This document shows, one piece after another, positions 52,855 to 63,674 of a stretch of 64,000 bases of DNA; the first letter of the stretch is position 1; every line of letters begins with the position of its first letter. The notes beneath the pieces were generated by a model, which saw only the letters and a list, made by a program, of their open reading frames with translations, had not been told where the DNA came from and did no database searches. The DNA comes from Waterburya sp. (lineage in GTDB: Bacteria; Cyanobacteriota; Cyanobacteriia; Cyanobacteriales; Xenococcaceae), in NCBI GenBank assembly GCA_965217895.1, contig CBDCJV010000002.1, forward strand, positions 3,936,001-4,000,000, given 5' to 3'. The translations under genes were made by a program, and so were the position numbers.

Positions 52855-53039
52855 GTTGTTACTTTAAAAGGTTGTGGAGAATTTATCTAATCAAATAGTA
52901 AAGTACAAGCGATCGCGTATTTTAAACGCTTCACCTGTAGATACGAAACATGACGCTCAAAAATTGTTTAATACAAAATCTGATTCTAATTATGCGATCG
53001 CTTTTATGGTTTTATATTGATCTTCTGAGCTAAAGACTA

Positions 53040-53999
53040 TTACCAATCCCACATTACGGGATTGTCATCAAGATGATCGGTTACTTGTCTACCAATTTGG
53101 TCGATTTCCTGCAATTCATCGGCAGACAGATTGACTGAAGCTGCTTTGGCATTATCTTCTGCTTGCTCTGCATTGCGTGCGCCGGCGATCGCATTTGTTT
53201 GAGGTTGAGCGATTAACCAAGCCAAGGAAAGTTGAGCCAAAGTACAATTGTGGCTTTTAGCAATGGGACGAAGCTGTTCTAGAGCTTTCTGAGCGCGTTG
53301 ATAGTTTTCTCCTTGGAAAAGCGTATTGTCAACTCGATGATCTCCTTCGGCAAACTGATGATCTAAGCCAAATTTACCTGTAAGTAATCCTTGCGCCAGG
53401 GAGGAATAAGCCAAAATCGAGATATTATTGGCTTCACAATAAGGCACGGCATCATTTTCTATTTTGCGCCAGAAAAGGGAATAAGGAGGCTGTAAACTAT
53501 CAACTCGTCCATACTGGCTTGCTTCTTCTAATTGAGTACCAGAGAAATTAGAAACCCCAATTGCGCGAATTTTGCCTTGTTCTTTGAGTTTATTTAAAGC
53601 ACTCATGGTTTCTTCTATAGGCACAACCTTGTTATTAAAAGCACCAGAAGGCCAATGAACTTGATACAGATCGATATAGTCGGTATTGAGATTTTTTAAA
53701 GAGCGATCGCAAGCTTCGATTACCTGGTCATATTGAAGGTGATTGGCAAATACTTTAGAAGCATAAACGACATTATCCCGTTCGTCACTCAAAGCTTTAG
53801 CGACAATTTGTTCTGAATGACCTGCGCCATAAACTTCGGCTGTATCTATAGTGGTTATCCCAGCTTCATAAGCTTGGCGAATAGCTTTGATAGTTTCTGT
53901 GTCTTCAATGCCTACCCACATCTTTTTACCTGCTTGCCAAGTTCCCATCAGGATAGGAGTAATTTGAATCTCTGATTTTCCTAGCGATCGCGTTTCCAT
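53040..53999 (-). CDS. Aldo/keto reductase
   Basis: IDTAEVYG, DYIDLYQVHWP, IGVSNF and QPPYSL motifs. Confidence 0.95.
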   Translation of the reverse strand: METRSLGKSEIQITPILMGTWQAGKKMWVGIEDTETIKAIRQAYEAGITTIDTAEVYGAGHSEQIVAKALSDERDNVVYASKVFANHLQYDQVIEACDRSLKNLNTDYIDLYQVHWPSGAFNNKVVPIEETMSALNKLKEQGKIRAIGVSNFSGTQLEEASQYGRVDSLQPPYSLFWRKIENDAVPYCEANNISILAYSSLAQGLLTGKFGLDHQFAEGDHRVDNTLFQGENYQRAQKALEQLRPIAKSHNCTLAQLSLAWLIAQPQTNAIAGARNAEQAEDNAKAASVNLSADELQEIDQIGRQVTDHLDDNPVMWDW

Positions 54000-54141
54000 A
54001 ATCTATAATTTTGTGGTGTATCGATTCTTATAGATATTATGATCGATTTTAAGCGTCGTTTTTTGTGCATAATTTATCCTGCCAATTTAAGTTTATTTTG
54101 TTTCTAGCCGAAATTTGTCTGTAAAAACCAGAATATAATAC

Positions 54142-54246
54142 TGGGGGAACTTTCCCCCAGACCCCACTCTCGCGCATTCCCTTGCGCCTGAAGGCGACGC
54201 GGGGTCGCTCGCCTGTTGGGGACGTGACGACCCTCCCCAAACCCCT
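54142..54246. repeat. Composite short dispersed repeat
   Basis: tgggggaactttcccccag plus ctcgcgcattcccttgcgcctgaaggcgacgcggggtcgctcgcct, shared with 2647-2795. Confidence 0.75.
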
Positions 54247-54447
54247 TCCGTAAAAATTAACCATGATTTTTACTCATCAGCTAATTTCTAATTATCTAGA
54301 TGAAGAATTAAGTCTACTTGAGTTAGGTTCTTAAAAGAATCTTTGTTTATCTTGAAGTATTAGACTTTTTATAAGTTGATAGTTAAAAAATTAATTCGCA
54401 TCAAACATTCTTTGCCAGGACTTACTATTATTTGCTCGGCATCTATT

Positions 54448-55413
54448 AGACCTCTTGCATGAATCAGGCGATCGCTAAATCCAATCCACAATTATATAAA
54501 CCAGCAATAAGATTAAAGCGCAATCCAAATCGACGACAGTGATTACGATATGGCTGTGACAGAATCCGAAAAATCTTGATTGCACGAATAACGTGTTCTA
54601 CATAGATTCTCTGCCGTGCTAATTCGCGATTGTATTGCTTTTCCATTGAAGTTAACGGCTTTTTTTTTGATTTTTTAAAGGGAGTGTAACTAAGATTATG
54701 AATTTTCTTAATCCCTTGATATCCTTTATCTGCTAGGAGTTCAATTGGACTTAACAGTTTGACTCGACTTCTTTTAAATAATTGAAAGTCATGTTCTTTT
54801 CCTGTCCCATGTGCGGTACAAATGACTTGAAGACTTTGAGTATCAACTATTACCTGAGACTTGAGAGTATGTCTTTTCTTTCTTGATGCAGTCGCTCATG
54901 GGGGAAACCCCCAAGACCGCGCTGCATCGCTTTTTCCACTGTAATAACTTCTTTGTTTTTTTTAGGACGTTCAATCGGACTTTCTCCTACATCTACAATT
55001 ATCACTGACCATTCTCTTTCGGTAGATGAAAGTGCTTTTTTGCCTGGTAAACTAAATTTTCTTGATTTAATCAACTGATCTTCTACTCGATGAACTATTC
55101 TGCATACTGTTGATTCATGAACTCCCCATGACTGTCCTATGTGAAAATAAGTTCGATACTCGCGCCAGTATTGCAGGGCGATGAGCAACTGGTCTTCAGT
55201 ACTTATTTTTGGTTGACCGCCTCGTTGTTTTGACTGGGGTAACTCTTGCTTCAATACTTCCACCATCTGTTCAAACAGCTGTGGTTTAACCCCACACAAA
55301 CGTTTGAACTCTTTTGCTCTCAAATCTTTGATTTGTTCGTAGGTCATGTTTTTATTCGCGATCGCTTATATTACCTACTTTTCTCATTTTCTGAGTATTC
55401 ATGCAAGAGGTCT
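54448..55413 (-). mobile_element. IS5-family (ISL2/IS702-like) insertion sequence, transposase disrupted
   Basis: 17-bp perfect TIRs agacctcttgcatgaat/attcatgcaagaggtct with ATT on both flanks. OrfA (YWREYRTYFHI), A8 frameshift run, OrfB (HDFQLF, ADKGYQG, RIYVEH). Confidence 0.92.
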
Positions 55414-55627
55414 ATTATGTGCCGTCTTCCATAAACGATGTTAATCGGCAGAAAAGTAGTGTTTTTGTTTTGTTAATCTAGCCATAAAAAATAATTAGCA
55501 ATCATAAATCTGGATCTAGAACCGCGAAGCGGTTAGCTGTAAGCGACATAGCGATGGGTTCAACTCTCTCACTATGCTAAAGGAGTGGAGTAATTAAACC
55601 TCTAGCTTGAAGCTCTAAGCCTAGGGT

Positions 55628-56533
55628 TTAGAGCTTTTTTGTTAAATTGTTTTGTTGTTTTTGATATTCTCTATTTTGACGACGATTTTCTTGGCGTGCT
55701 TTTTTGTCTGGGGTTAGGCGATCGTAACAGTAGGGACAAGAGATATGAGATTCATATTGGGGAGAGTTTTTATCCGCTTCTGATATAGGATGCCCACAGG
55801 CATAGCACAGTTCATAATTACCAGGCTCTAATCCTTCTTTAACTGCAACTCGCTCATCAAAGACAAAGCATTCTCCTGACCACATACTTTCCTCAGAAGA
55901 CACGTTTTCTAGATATTTCAAAATTCCTCCTTGGAGATGATACACCTCTTTGAATCCCTGAGAAAGCATATAGGATGAGGCTTTTTCGCAGCGTATTCCT
56001 CCTGTGCAGAACATTGCTACTTTTGAATGCTGTTTTGGGTCGAGATTTTTGGCTACGTATTCAGGAAATTCACGAAAAGATTGGGTATTGGGTTTTTTTG
56101 CTCGTTGGAAGCTGCCAATTTCTACTTCATAGTCATTTCTGGTGTCAATTACTACTACTTCTGGATCGCTGATTATTTGATTCCAGTCCTGGGGTGCAAC
56201 ATAAGTACCCACTTGCTGAGTCGGATTTACTTCGCTTATGCCTAGGGTAACTATTTCTGATTTGATTTTTACCTTTAGTCGGACAAAAGGTAGCTTTTGG
56301 GATGTTGATTCTTTGAATTCCAAATCTACTAAACCAGGAATAGTACGTAAATAAGATAATACACTTGCGATCGCCTTACCACTGCCTGCGATCGTGCCGT
56401 TAATTCCTTCTTCTGCCAGAATAATTGTACCTTTAACTTGATTTTCTCGACAAAATGCCAATATTTGCCCTTTTTTTGCTTCAATATCCGAGATAGTCAC
56501 AAATTTGTAAAAAGTAGCAATGATATAAGACAT
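55628..56533 (-). CDS. trhO: tRNA U34 hydroxylase TrhO (rhodanese, YceA)
   Basis: EGINGT, DTRNDYE, FCTGGIRCEK and CFVFDERV motifs. Confidence 0.92.
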   Translation of the reverse strand: MSYIIATFYKFVTISDIEAKKGQILAFCRENQVKGTIILAEEGINGTIAGSGKAIASVLSYLRTIPGLVDLEFKESTSQKLPFVRLKVKIKSEIVTLGISEVNPTQQVGTYVAPQDWNQIISDPEVVVIDTRNDYEVEIGSFQRAKKPNTQSFREFPEYVAKNLDPKQHSKVAMFCTGGIRCEKASSYMLSQGFKEVYHLQGGILKYLENVSSEESMWSGECFVFDERVAVKEGLEPGNYELCYACGHPISEADKNSPQYESHISCPYCYDRLTPDKKARQENRRQNREYQKQQNNLTKKL

Positions 56534-56544
56534 GAGAAAAACAA

Positions 56545-57324
56545 CTATGACTGAGGAAATTCTTTATTTTGTACTTCTTGACTAAATTCTTGAACAGCAT
56601 CGCTAATAATCTGCCGTAAATTGACATAAGATTTAGCAAACGGTGGTTGCCTGGTTGACAAGCCTAATAAGTCGGCGGTAACTAAAACCTGACCATCGCA
56701 CTGATTGCCTGCACCAATACCAATGGTAGGAATAGTTAGCTTAGAAGTAATAGTGGCAGCTAAATCTCTGGGGATATGTTCGAGGACAATCGCAAATGCT
56801 CCCGCTTGCTGTAGAGCGATCGCCCGATCGATAATTAAATTTGCGTCTTCAATCGTTTTTCCCTGTTGCTTGTAGCCTAAAATCCGAAATGACTGAGGAG
56901 TTAAGCCAACATGGCCCATGACGGGAATACCTACAGCAGTTAATTCAGCTACAGTTTCAACGATGCGCGGATTTCCTCCTTCCAACTTTATAGCTGCTGC
57001 ACCCGTTTCTTTTAGTATTCTTCCTGCTGTCTCCATTGCCTGAGTCACGCTGGCTTGATAGCTCATAAAAGGCAAATCACAGACAACCAAGGCTTTTTTA
57101 ACCCCACGACATACGGCTTTAGCGTGATGAATCATTTCATCTAGAGTTACAGGCAGAGTACTAGTATGCCCCAAGCCCACCATCGCCAAAGAATCTCCTA
57201 CCAGAATTATGTCTACTCCTGCTAAATCTAATGCCTGTGCCAGACTATATTCCCAGGCTGTGAGAGAAATAATTGACCGTCCTGCCTCTTTCCATTGAAT
57301 TAATTGCTGTATAGTTACTGCCAT
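56545..57324 (-). CDS. panB: Ketopantoate hydroxymethyltransferase
   Basis: [26 protein letters not shown] and IGIGAG motifs. Confidence 0.96.
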   Translation of the reverse strand: MAVTIQQLIQWKEAGRSIISLTAWEYSLAQALDLAGVDIILVGDSLAMVGLGHTSTLPVTLDEMIHHAKAVCRGVKKALVVCDLPFMSYQASVTQAMETAGRILKETGAAAIKLEGGNPRIVETVAELTAVGIPVMGHVGLTPQSFRILGYKQQGKTIEDANLIIDRAIALQQAGAFAIVLEHIPRDLAATITSKLTIPTIGIGAGNQCDGQVLVTADLLGLSTRQPPFAKSYVNLRQIISDAVQEFSQEVQNKEFPQS

Positions 57325-57405
57325 TGCCCCTTAAGCTGGTTGTACAATCTTATCGGCTGTCTTCCTATTATAAAAGCTGAAATACAAAAACCTATTTATT
57401 AGAAT

Positions 57406-58467
57406 ATGGCAAAACTAAAATTACAAAATTTACAAAAAAAATATCGTCCTGATGTAATTCCAGTTAAAGATATTTCCTTGGAGGTTGATGATGGTGAATT
57501 TTTGACTTTATTAGGACCTTCAGGCTGTGGTAAATCGACTTTGTTACGGCTGATTGCGGGTTTAGAGCCACCTACCAAAGGTCAGGTGATGATTGGGCAA
57601 AAAAACCTTAATCAAGCTGCTCCAGGCGATCGCAATATGGCAATGGTCTTCCAAAGCTATGCCCTTTATCCCCACATGACCGCAGCCGAAAATATTGCCA
57701 CTGCTTTAAAGTTGCGTAAAATGCCCCAGGAGCAAATTAATCTTAAGGTGAATGATGCAGCACACAAATTAGAGTTAACTAATTTACTTAATCGTAAACC
57801 TGGTCAGATGTCTGGTGGACAAAGACAAAGGGTAGCACTAGCCAGGGCTTTAGTGCGCGATCCTGAAGTATTTTTACTCGATGAACCTCTTAGTAATTTA
57901 GACGCTTTACTGCGAGAGCAAGTTAGGGCGCAGATGAAACAGTTGTTTAAAGACCAAAATAAGCCTGTGGTGTATGTTACCCACGATCAAACTGAGGCGA
58001 TGTCTCTTTCTACCAAGGTAGCAGTCCTAAAAGATGGGTTGATTCAGCAACTAGATCCTCCCAGTCGCATTTATTCCCATCCAGCTAATGAATTTGTTGC
58101 CAGCTTTGTGGGTAGTCCGCAAATGAATCTTTTAACCCTCAGATGTGAGGGCAATAAGGCACTTCTAGGCAGATATAAGTTCGAGCTACCTGGAAGTGCG
58201 AATAAGCTATCTGAAATCATCTTTGGTATTCGTCCTGAAGATGTATCCCTAGCATCTTCAGATTTAGAGTCTACTATTATGGGTCAGGCCTATTTGGTTG
58301 AACAATTAGGCAAAGATAATCTAGTCAGCCTCAAGATTGCTGATTCTGAAAAAACTATTCGGGCATTATTGCCCAGTGATGGTAATTGGCAAGATAAAAC
58401 TATTCCCCTAGCGATTAAACCAGGGAGAATTCATTGGTTTAATGCCGAAAATGGCGATGCCTTCTAA
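57406..58467 (+). CDS. Carbohydrate ABC transporter ATPase (MalK-like)
   Basis: GPSGCGKS, FQSYALYPHM, MSGGQRQR, DEPLSNLD and YVTHDQ motifs. Confidence 0.93.
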   Translation: MAKLKLQNLQKKYRPDVIPVKDISLEVDDGEFLTLLGPSGCGKSTLLRLIAGLEPPTKGQVMIGQKNLNQAAPGDRNMAMVFQSYALYPHMTAAENIATALKLRKMPQEQINLKVNDAAHKLELTNLLNRKPGQMSGGQRQRVALARALVRDPEVFLLDEPLSNLDALLREQVRAQMKQLFKDQNKPVVYVTHDQTEAMSLSTKVAVLKDGLIQQLDPPSRIYSHPANEFVASFVGSPQMNLLTLRCEGNKALLGRYKFELPGSANKLSEIIFGIRPEDVSLASSDLESTIMGQAYLVEQLGKDNLVSLKIADSEKTIRALLPSDGNWQDKTIPLAIKPGRIHWFNAENGDAF

Positions 58468-58600
58468 CGGGCGTGGAACATGGCGAAAAAGTTCGCCGTT
58501 TCCGGCCGCTCTAGCTTCGCAATCGCCTCGATCGCCAATAAAGATAGTGGGTAGAGGGTTTGCTTCGGACTTGGCGTAAATCTTAATATGACTAAAATTT

Positions 58601-58654
58601 ACTACTAACTACCCACTACCCACTACTAACTACTAACTACTAACTACTAACTAC
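58601..58654. repeat. STRR heptamer array (ACTACTA/ACTACCC)
   Basis: About 7 tandem units between convergent genes. Confidence 0.85.
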
Positions 58655-60210
58655 TTACTAGCCTTTTCCATAACCACTTCAGCCTTCGGTTTAGAAGCCA
58701 TATAGTTAGCTAACTGAGTGTTAATCTGTTCTCTAACAATAAAGCGATACTCGGTAAAGTGTTCTAAATAGGCACAAAGAGTTAAGTATATTTCTAGCTG
58801 ACGAGGTTTTTTAATTAATACTTGTATCAAGTTGGTCCAAAATTTTACGCGAGTTTGAGCCACAATTCCCTGCTTCCATAAGATCAAAAGAAGAGCGCGA
58901 ATTGTTTTAAGGCTAGGTCTTTTAGACACAACGTTTTTGGCATCACCTAGTTTCATATAGTAGCGGAATATGCGATCTAAATAAGCTGAAGGATCGTAAA
59001 GCTGCCAAAACGCATTAACGTATTCCGTGGCGATGTCTTCAATGTTTCTAGTAGGCACAAAATTCATTAAGGTGGTTTGATTAATATTTGCTGCTGAATT
59101 GAGCAATCTACCCTCTTTTTCTAACCTATCCCACAGAGCAGTACTGGGTAAAGCCTGAAGCATACTAAACATTGCCAAAGGAATCTCGGTTTGTTCTACA
59201 AACTGAACAATGCGATCGCCTGCATAAGGTTTTTCGCCATCAAAACCGATGATAAACCCTGCCATTACCTGCATCCCTGCTCTAGTGATTTTATCGATGG
59301 ATTCGGTTAGGGGATCGCGAGTGTTTTGAAATTTACTGGTAAGAGCTAGACTATCTTGATCTGGTGTTTCAATGCCTAAGAAAACTTTTTTAAAGTTGCA
59401 TTCCACCATCAGCTTGAGTAGCTCTTCATCCTGTGCTAAATCTACCGAAGCCTCAGTAGTCAAGCCAAAAGGATAACCTTTGTCTGCCATCCAAACCTTT
59501 AATTCTTTGAGCAATAATTTAACGTTGCGTTTATTGCCGATAAAATTATCATCTACCATAAACACTGCGCCACGCCAACCTAAATCATAGATACGCTCTA
59601 ATTCAGCTAATAGCTGTTGAGGAGTTTTGGTGCGAGGTTTACGTCCATAAAGGACAATGATGTCGCAAAATTCACACTGAAAAGGACAGCCACGAGAAAA
59701 CTGCACCGACATATTGTCATAGGCGTTAAGATCTAATAAGTCATAACGAGGAATTGGAGTTTCCGTTACCGCAGGCTTTTCTGTGGAGCGAAAAACGCCA
59801 CTGCGATCGCCACGCTCAACAGCAGCAATAAACATGGGTAAAGTAATTTCTCCCTCATCCAAGACTAAAAAGTCCGCAGCCTCTACTTCTTGGGGAGATG
59901 TAGTAGCATAAGGACCACCTACGGCTACCAGCTTGTTTCTTTTTTTAGCTTCATGTATCTGTGTGAGCATATCTTTTTTCTGCACAATCATGCCCGATAC
60001 AATGACTAACTCTGCCCACTCCCAGTCCGACTCAGCGATCTCCTGGACATTGTGGTCTACTAGTTTAAATTCCCACTGTTGAGGCAGAATAGCAGCTACT
60101 GTAATTAAACCTAAAGGTGGCATAAGAGCTTTACAATCTACCAAAGCCAAAGTCTTTTCAAATGACCAGAAACTTTTAGGAAATAGGGGGTATAACAATA
60201 AAACCCGCAT
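58651..60210 (-). CDS. B12-binding radical SAM protein (DUF4070 type; HpnP-related class B methylase family)
   Basis: PPLGL, GGPY and SRGCPFQCEFC (CxxxCxxC) motifs; VDDNF, GIET and FIIGFD. Confidence 0.9.
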   Translation of the reverse strand: MRVLLLYPLFPKSFWSFEKTLALVDCKALMPPLGLITVAAILPQQWEFKLVDHNVQEIAESDWEWAELVIVSGMIVQKKDMLTQIHEAKKRNKLVAVGGPYATTSPQEVEAADFLVLDEGEITLPMFIAAVERGDRSGVFRSTEKPAVTETPIPRYDLLDLNAYDNMSVQFSRGCPFQCEFCDIIVLYGRKPRTKTPQQLLAELERIYDLGWRGAVFMVDDNFIGNKRNVKLLLKELKVWMADKGYPFGLTTEASVDLAQDEELLKLMVECNFKKVFLGIETPDQDSLALTSKFQNTRDPLTESIDKITRAGMQVMAGFIIGFDGEKPYAGDRIVQFVEQTEIPLAMFSMLQALPSTALWDRLEKEGRLLNSAANINQTTLMNFVPTRNIEDIATEYVNAFWQLYDPSAYLDRIFRYYMKLGDAKNVVSKRPSLKTIRALLLILWKQGIVAQTRVKFWTNLIQVLIKKPRQLEIYLTLCAYLEHFTEYRFIVREQINTQLANYMASKPKAEVVMEKASK

Positions 60211-60886
60211 GATGTGATGCCTCAGATTAACAATTTAAAGTTATATAAGCTTACCTGCCTATTAGGTTAAAAGTCGTTAAAGATTTATGTAATTTTTACT
60301 ACTAAATCTTTATACTATCTAACTGTCAAATGTGGCAATCTGCTCCAACAACTAGAGAGCGAATTGTAAAACCGTAAAAAATGCTTGGTAATATGCAGTT
60401 TTTTTGAATTTTTTGTTAAATTAGAAAGCAGCAAAAACATTAGTCGCAAATTAATTAAGGTGGTATAAAAAACTATTTATATGTATTTTTACGTAGATAA
60501 GTTAGATTGAACAATAATCAGTAGATGTTCAAAAAATTGCTGATTACTCAGTGTAAATACATAGTTTTTTTTGAGACTAATTTTTCTGTAAATCTCTATG
60601 ACAATAGCTTTTTTAGGCTAAAGTTTTATTTATTAAACTTTAGCAATTGACTATTTTAAATTTATAAGAAAAATTAAACCAATTTAATATTTAATGAAAT
60701 TGATATAATATACGTTAGGGATCGAGTCTGGAGTTTTTATTAAATCAAGCGAAAACTAACTATTTTCCGCTTTCATTTAATTGCTATAATATATTTCTTA
60801 AAGTGAAAGATTTAATAAATATTCAAATACTACAGATTCCTAAGCATGAAGCATACCAACCACAGACCTATAGCTAGATTGAAATA

Positions 60887-61165
60887 ATGTTATCTTCCAC
60901 CGCACACCCTCCTTCTGAAGCCGCACTTTGCTGTTATGTAAATGCTACTGCTCATACCGAGATTGTACGCATTACCAATATTCCCCACTGGTATTTCGAG
61001 CGAGTTGTTTTTCCTGGGCAACGTCTGATTTTTGAAGCTCCAGCCATAGCTAAACTGGAAATTCATACAGGTACGGCTATTAGCTCTATTTTGTCTGAAA
61101 CAATTGATTGTCAAGAATTGCAGCTAACTTCTTCTTTTTCTGCTACTTCAGATTCGCTAGCCTAA
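60887..61165 (+). CDS. DUF1830 family protein
   Basis: CCYVNAT...RITNIPHWYFERVVFPGQRLIFEA motif. Confidence 0.88.
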   Translation: MLSSTAHPPSEAALCCYVNATAHTEIVRITNIPHWYFERVVFPGQRLIFEAPAIAKLEIHTGTAISSILSETIDCQELQLTSSFSATSDSLA

Positions 61166-61188
61166 TATAATTTATCAAATCCGCAGAT

Positions 61189-61222
61189 AGCGATCGCCGT
61201 AAATTCAGGCGATCGCTTTTTT
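61189..61222 (+). terminator. Intrinsic terminator whose stem is two HIP1 sites
   Basis: agcgatcgcc-N9-ggcgatcgct followed by T-run. Confidence 0.7.
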
Positions 61223-61439
61223 CTTTAGCTAAATAAACCCCGTCTGTCAAACGAAAACCGTAGTTTTTGAATCGGAGATTGAGCTAGTCACAGATTACTC
61301 CGCCCTAAACGGACGAAGCCTGCTGTGACCGTTGGTCAAACAGCAGGATATAATTTCTACTTGCTACTTGCTACTTGCTACTTACGAACAGTCAACTTAA
61401 AAACTCCTGGTTTCAAACTGAATGTGGTTTATATCCAAT

Positions 61440-61997
61440 TTATTCAAATACTTTAGCTCCCTCAAGCACATTCGGCCACTTTTCATTTGCCGAGGAAATA
61501 TGTCCTGGAACGTCTTGCAGCCATTGCTTTTGTACGTCTTTACTGTAATTTAAATAAAGTTTATTATCAACAATTTTCCAAGCTTGGGGATCGATGGAGA
61601 CAACGTTACCTTCCGCTAAACCTTGGGCGCAATAGCCACCATATTGAGGAGCATAAGCTTCAGGATTTTTTTCAAACAATTCTTTGTTTTTCGCACTAGA
61701 AAATCTCCAGACTGCTCCTTGCCATTTGGATTCATATTGACTATCTCCTTGAACAGCTTTTCCCTCTGTGAAATAAGCGACAGGATCGGCACCTCTAATA
61801 GCTAAACCACTAGAAGATTCTGTATAAATTTTAGGTGCAGAATCCGCAGCAGCAGCGCAAGGATTGGCAGCACCAGAGCAGGGATTAACACTAGAACAGG
61901 GATTTGCACTTACTGAATTGAAACTTTGAGGAGTTCCCGCCAATCCCAAGGTAATAATTGATAGAGCAGCAATAGTGGCTAAATATTTAAATTTCAT
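61440..61997 (-). CDS. Secreted YHS-domain protein with three N-terminal NPC repeats
   Basis: AIRGADPVAYF, WRFSS, PEAYAPQYGGYCA and IVDNKLYLNY motifs. N-terminus MKFKYLATIA...NPCSSVNPCSGAANPC. Confidence 0.9.
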   Translation of the reverse strand: MKFKYLATIAALSIITLGLAGTPQSFNSVSANPCSSVNPCSGAANPCAAAADSAPKIYTESSSGLAIRGADPVAYFTEGKAVQGDSQYESKWQGAVWRFSSAKNKELFEKNPEAYAPQYGGYCAQGLAEGNVVSIDPQAWKIVDNKLYLNYSKDVQKQWLQDVPGHISSANEKWPNVLEGAKVFE

Positions 61998-62126
61998 AGG
62001 TACTAATTTTGACTAAAATATTGTTTGTTTGATGATTTAGACATTTACAATATTTTGAATATTTCGTAATTGTCTACTTGATATAGAAGTCTAAAAAAAT
62101 AAGCTTAAAACTACCTTAGAAAAACA

Positions 62127-63674
62127 TTAGGGTTTGCCGTAGCCTCCGCCACCTGGAGTTTCAATCACAAAAATGTCACCAGGCTGCATTTCTACCGTAG
62201 CTTTACTATCTAGTCTTTCCGTAGTTTTATTTTGTTGTATATAATTCTTACCAGCTTTTCCCGCTTCTCCCCCTGCCAAACCAAAGGGTAAAATACGACG
62301 GCGATTGGATAAAATTCCCGCTGTCATATTTTTGAGGAAACGTATTTTTCTGACAACACCGTTTCCACCACATTTAAAGCCTTGACCGCCACTATTTTGG
62401 CGAATGCTAAACTCTTCTAGCAATACAGGAAAACGTAATTCTAATACTTCAGGATCGGTCAGTCGAGAATTAGTCATCTGAGTTTGTACTGCATCAGTGC
62501 CATCAAAGTCTTGCCCCGCACCAGATCCACCACAGATAGTTTCATAGTACTGATACTGCTCATTGCCAAAGGTAAAGTTATTCATTGTGCCTTGAGAGGC
62601 TGCCATAATTCCCAACGCACCGTATAAACAGTCGGTAATGTTTTGAGAAGTCTCTACGTTTCCTGCTACTACTGCTGCGGGATATTGGGGGTTGAGCATA
62701 CAGCCTTCGGGAATGATAATTTTTAGTGGTTTAAGACAGCCAGCATTAAGAGGAATATTGTCTTTAACTAAAGTCCGAAAAACATAAAGAATAGCTGCCT
62801 GACATACAGCAGCAGGAGCATTAAAGTTGTTTTTTAGCTGACTAGAAGTACCTGTAAAGTCAATAGTTGCTGTTAAATTTTGATGATCTATAGTTATTTT
62901 GACTTGAATTTTGGCATCATTGTCCATTTCGCAGCTAAACTCGCCATTTTGAAGAAGAGCGATCGCTTTTTTAACCGCTGCTTCAGCATTGTTTTGTACA
63001 AACTGCATATATGCCTGTACGGTTTCTAGTCCGTATTGCTCAACCATCTTTAATAATTCTGTCTGACCGCGATTATTAGCTGCAATCTGCGCCTGGAAAT
63101 CAGCTATATTTTGGTCAGGGTTACGGGCAGGGTATTTATGATGCGCTAATTTTTGCCTGATAGTATTTTCTTTAAAGCTTCCAGCCTCAACCAGCAAAAA
63201 GTTATTAAGCAGTATTCCTTCTTCTTCAATATGTTGGCTTTGGGGGGGCATTGAACCTGGAGTTATGCCGCCAATGTCTGCCTGATGTCCACGAGAGGCT
63301 ACATAAAATATTGGTTTTACTCGATCTTGGTTGCCAAAAACAGGCGTAATTATAGTTACGTCGGGCAAATGTGTCCCACCGTTATAAGGATTGTTTGATA
63401 AATAAACATTGCCTGGTTTTATTTCAGCTTCTAATTCGTTAATCAAGCTGCTCACGCTAGCACTCATTGAGCCAAGATGTACGGGAATGTGGGGCGCATT
63501 AGCCACTAATAAGCCATAGCTATCAAAAATTGCACAAGAAAAGTCTAATCGCTCTTTTATGTTTACTGAAGCTGCGGTATTTTGCAGCACGATACCCATT
63601 TGTTCGGCAATAAACTGATAGAGATTTTTAAAGATTTCTAAACGAACAGGATCTGGTCGATCGATGGTACTCAT
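62127..63674 (-). CDS. Hydantoinase B/oxoprolinase subunit
   Basis: NIKERLDFSCA, HIPVHLGSM, GGTHLPD, GTMNN and TPGGGGYG motifs. Confidence 0.93.
   Translation of the reverse strand: MSTIDRPDPVRLEIFKNLYQFIAEQMGIVLQNTAASVNIKERLDFSCAIFDSYGLLVANAPHIPVHLGSMSASVSSLINELEAEIKPGNVYLSNNPYNGGTHLPDVTIITPVFGNQDRVKPIFYVASRGHQADIGGITPGSMPPQSQHIEEEGILLNNFLLVEAGSFKENTIRQKLAHHKYPARNPDQNIADFQAQIAANNRGQTELLKMVEQYGLETVQAYMQFVQNNAEAAVKKAIALLQNGEFSCEMDNDAKIQVKITIDHQNLTATIDFTGTSSQLKNNFNAPAAVCQAAILYVFRTLVKDNIPLNAGCLKPLKIIIPEGCMLNPQYPAAVVAGNVETSQNITDCLYGALGIMAASQGTMNNFTFGNEQYQYYETICGGSGAGQDFDGTDAVQTQMTNSRLTDPEVLELRFPVLLEEFSIRQNSGGQGFKCGGNGVVRKIRFLKNMTAGILSNRRRILPFGLAGGEAGKAGKNYIQQNKTTERLDSKATVEMQPGDIFVIETPGGGGYGKP

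Noticed and set aside
54049..54264. 71-aa ORF
   Set aside because: Largely made of the composite short repeat.
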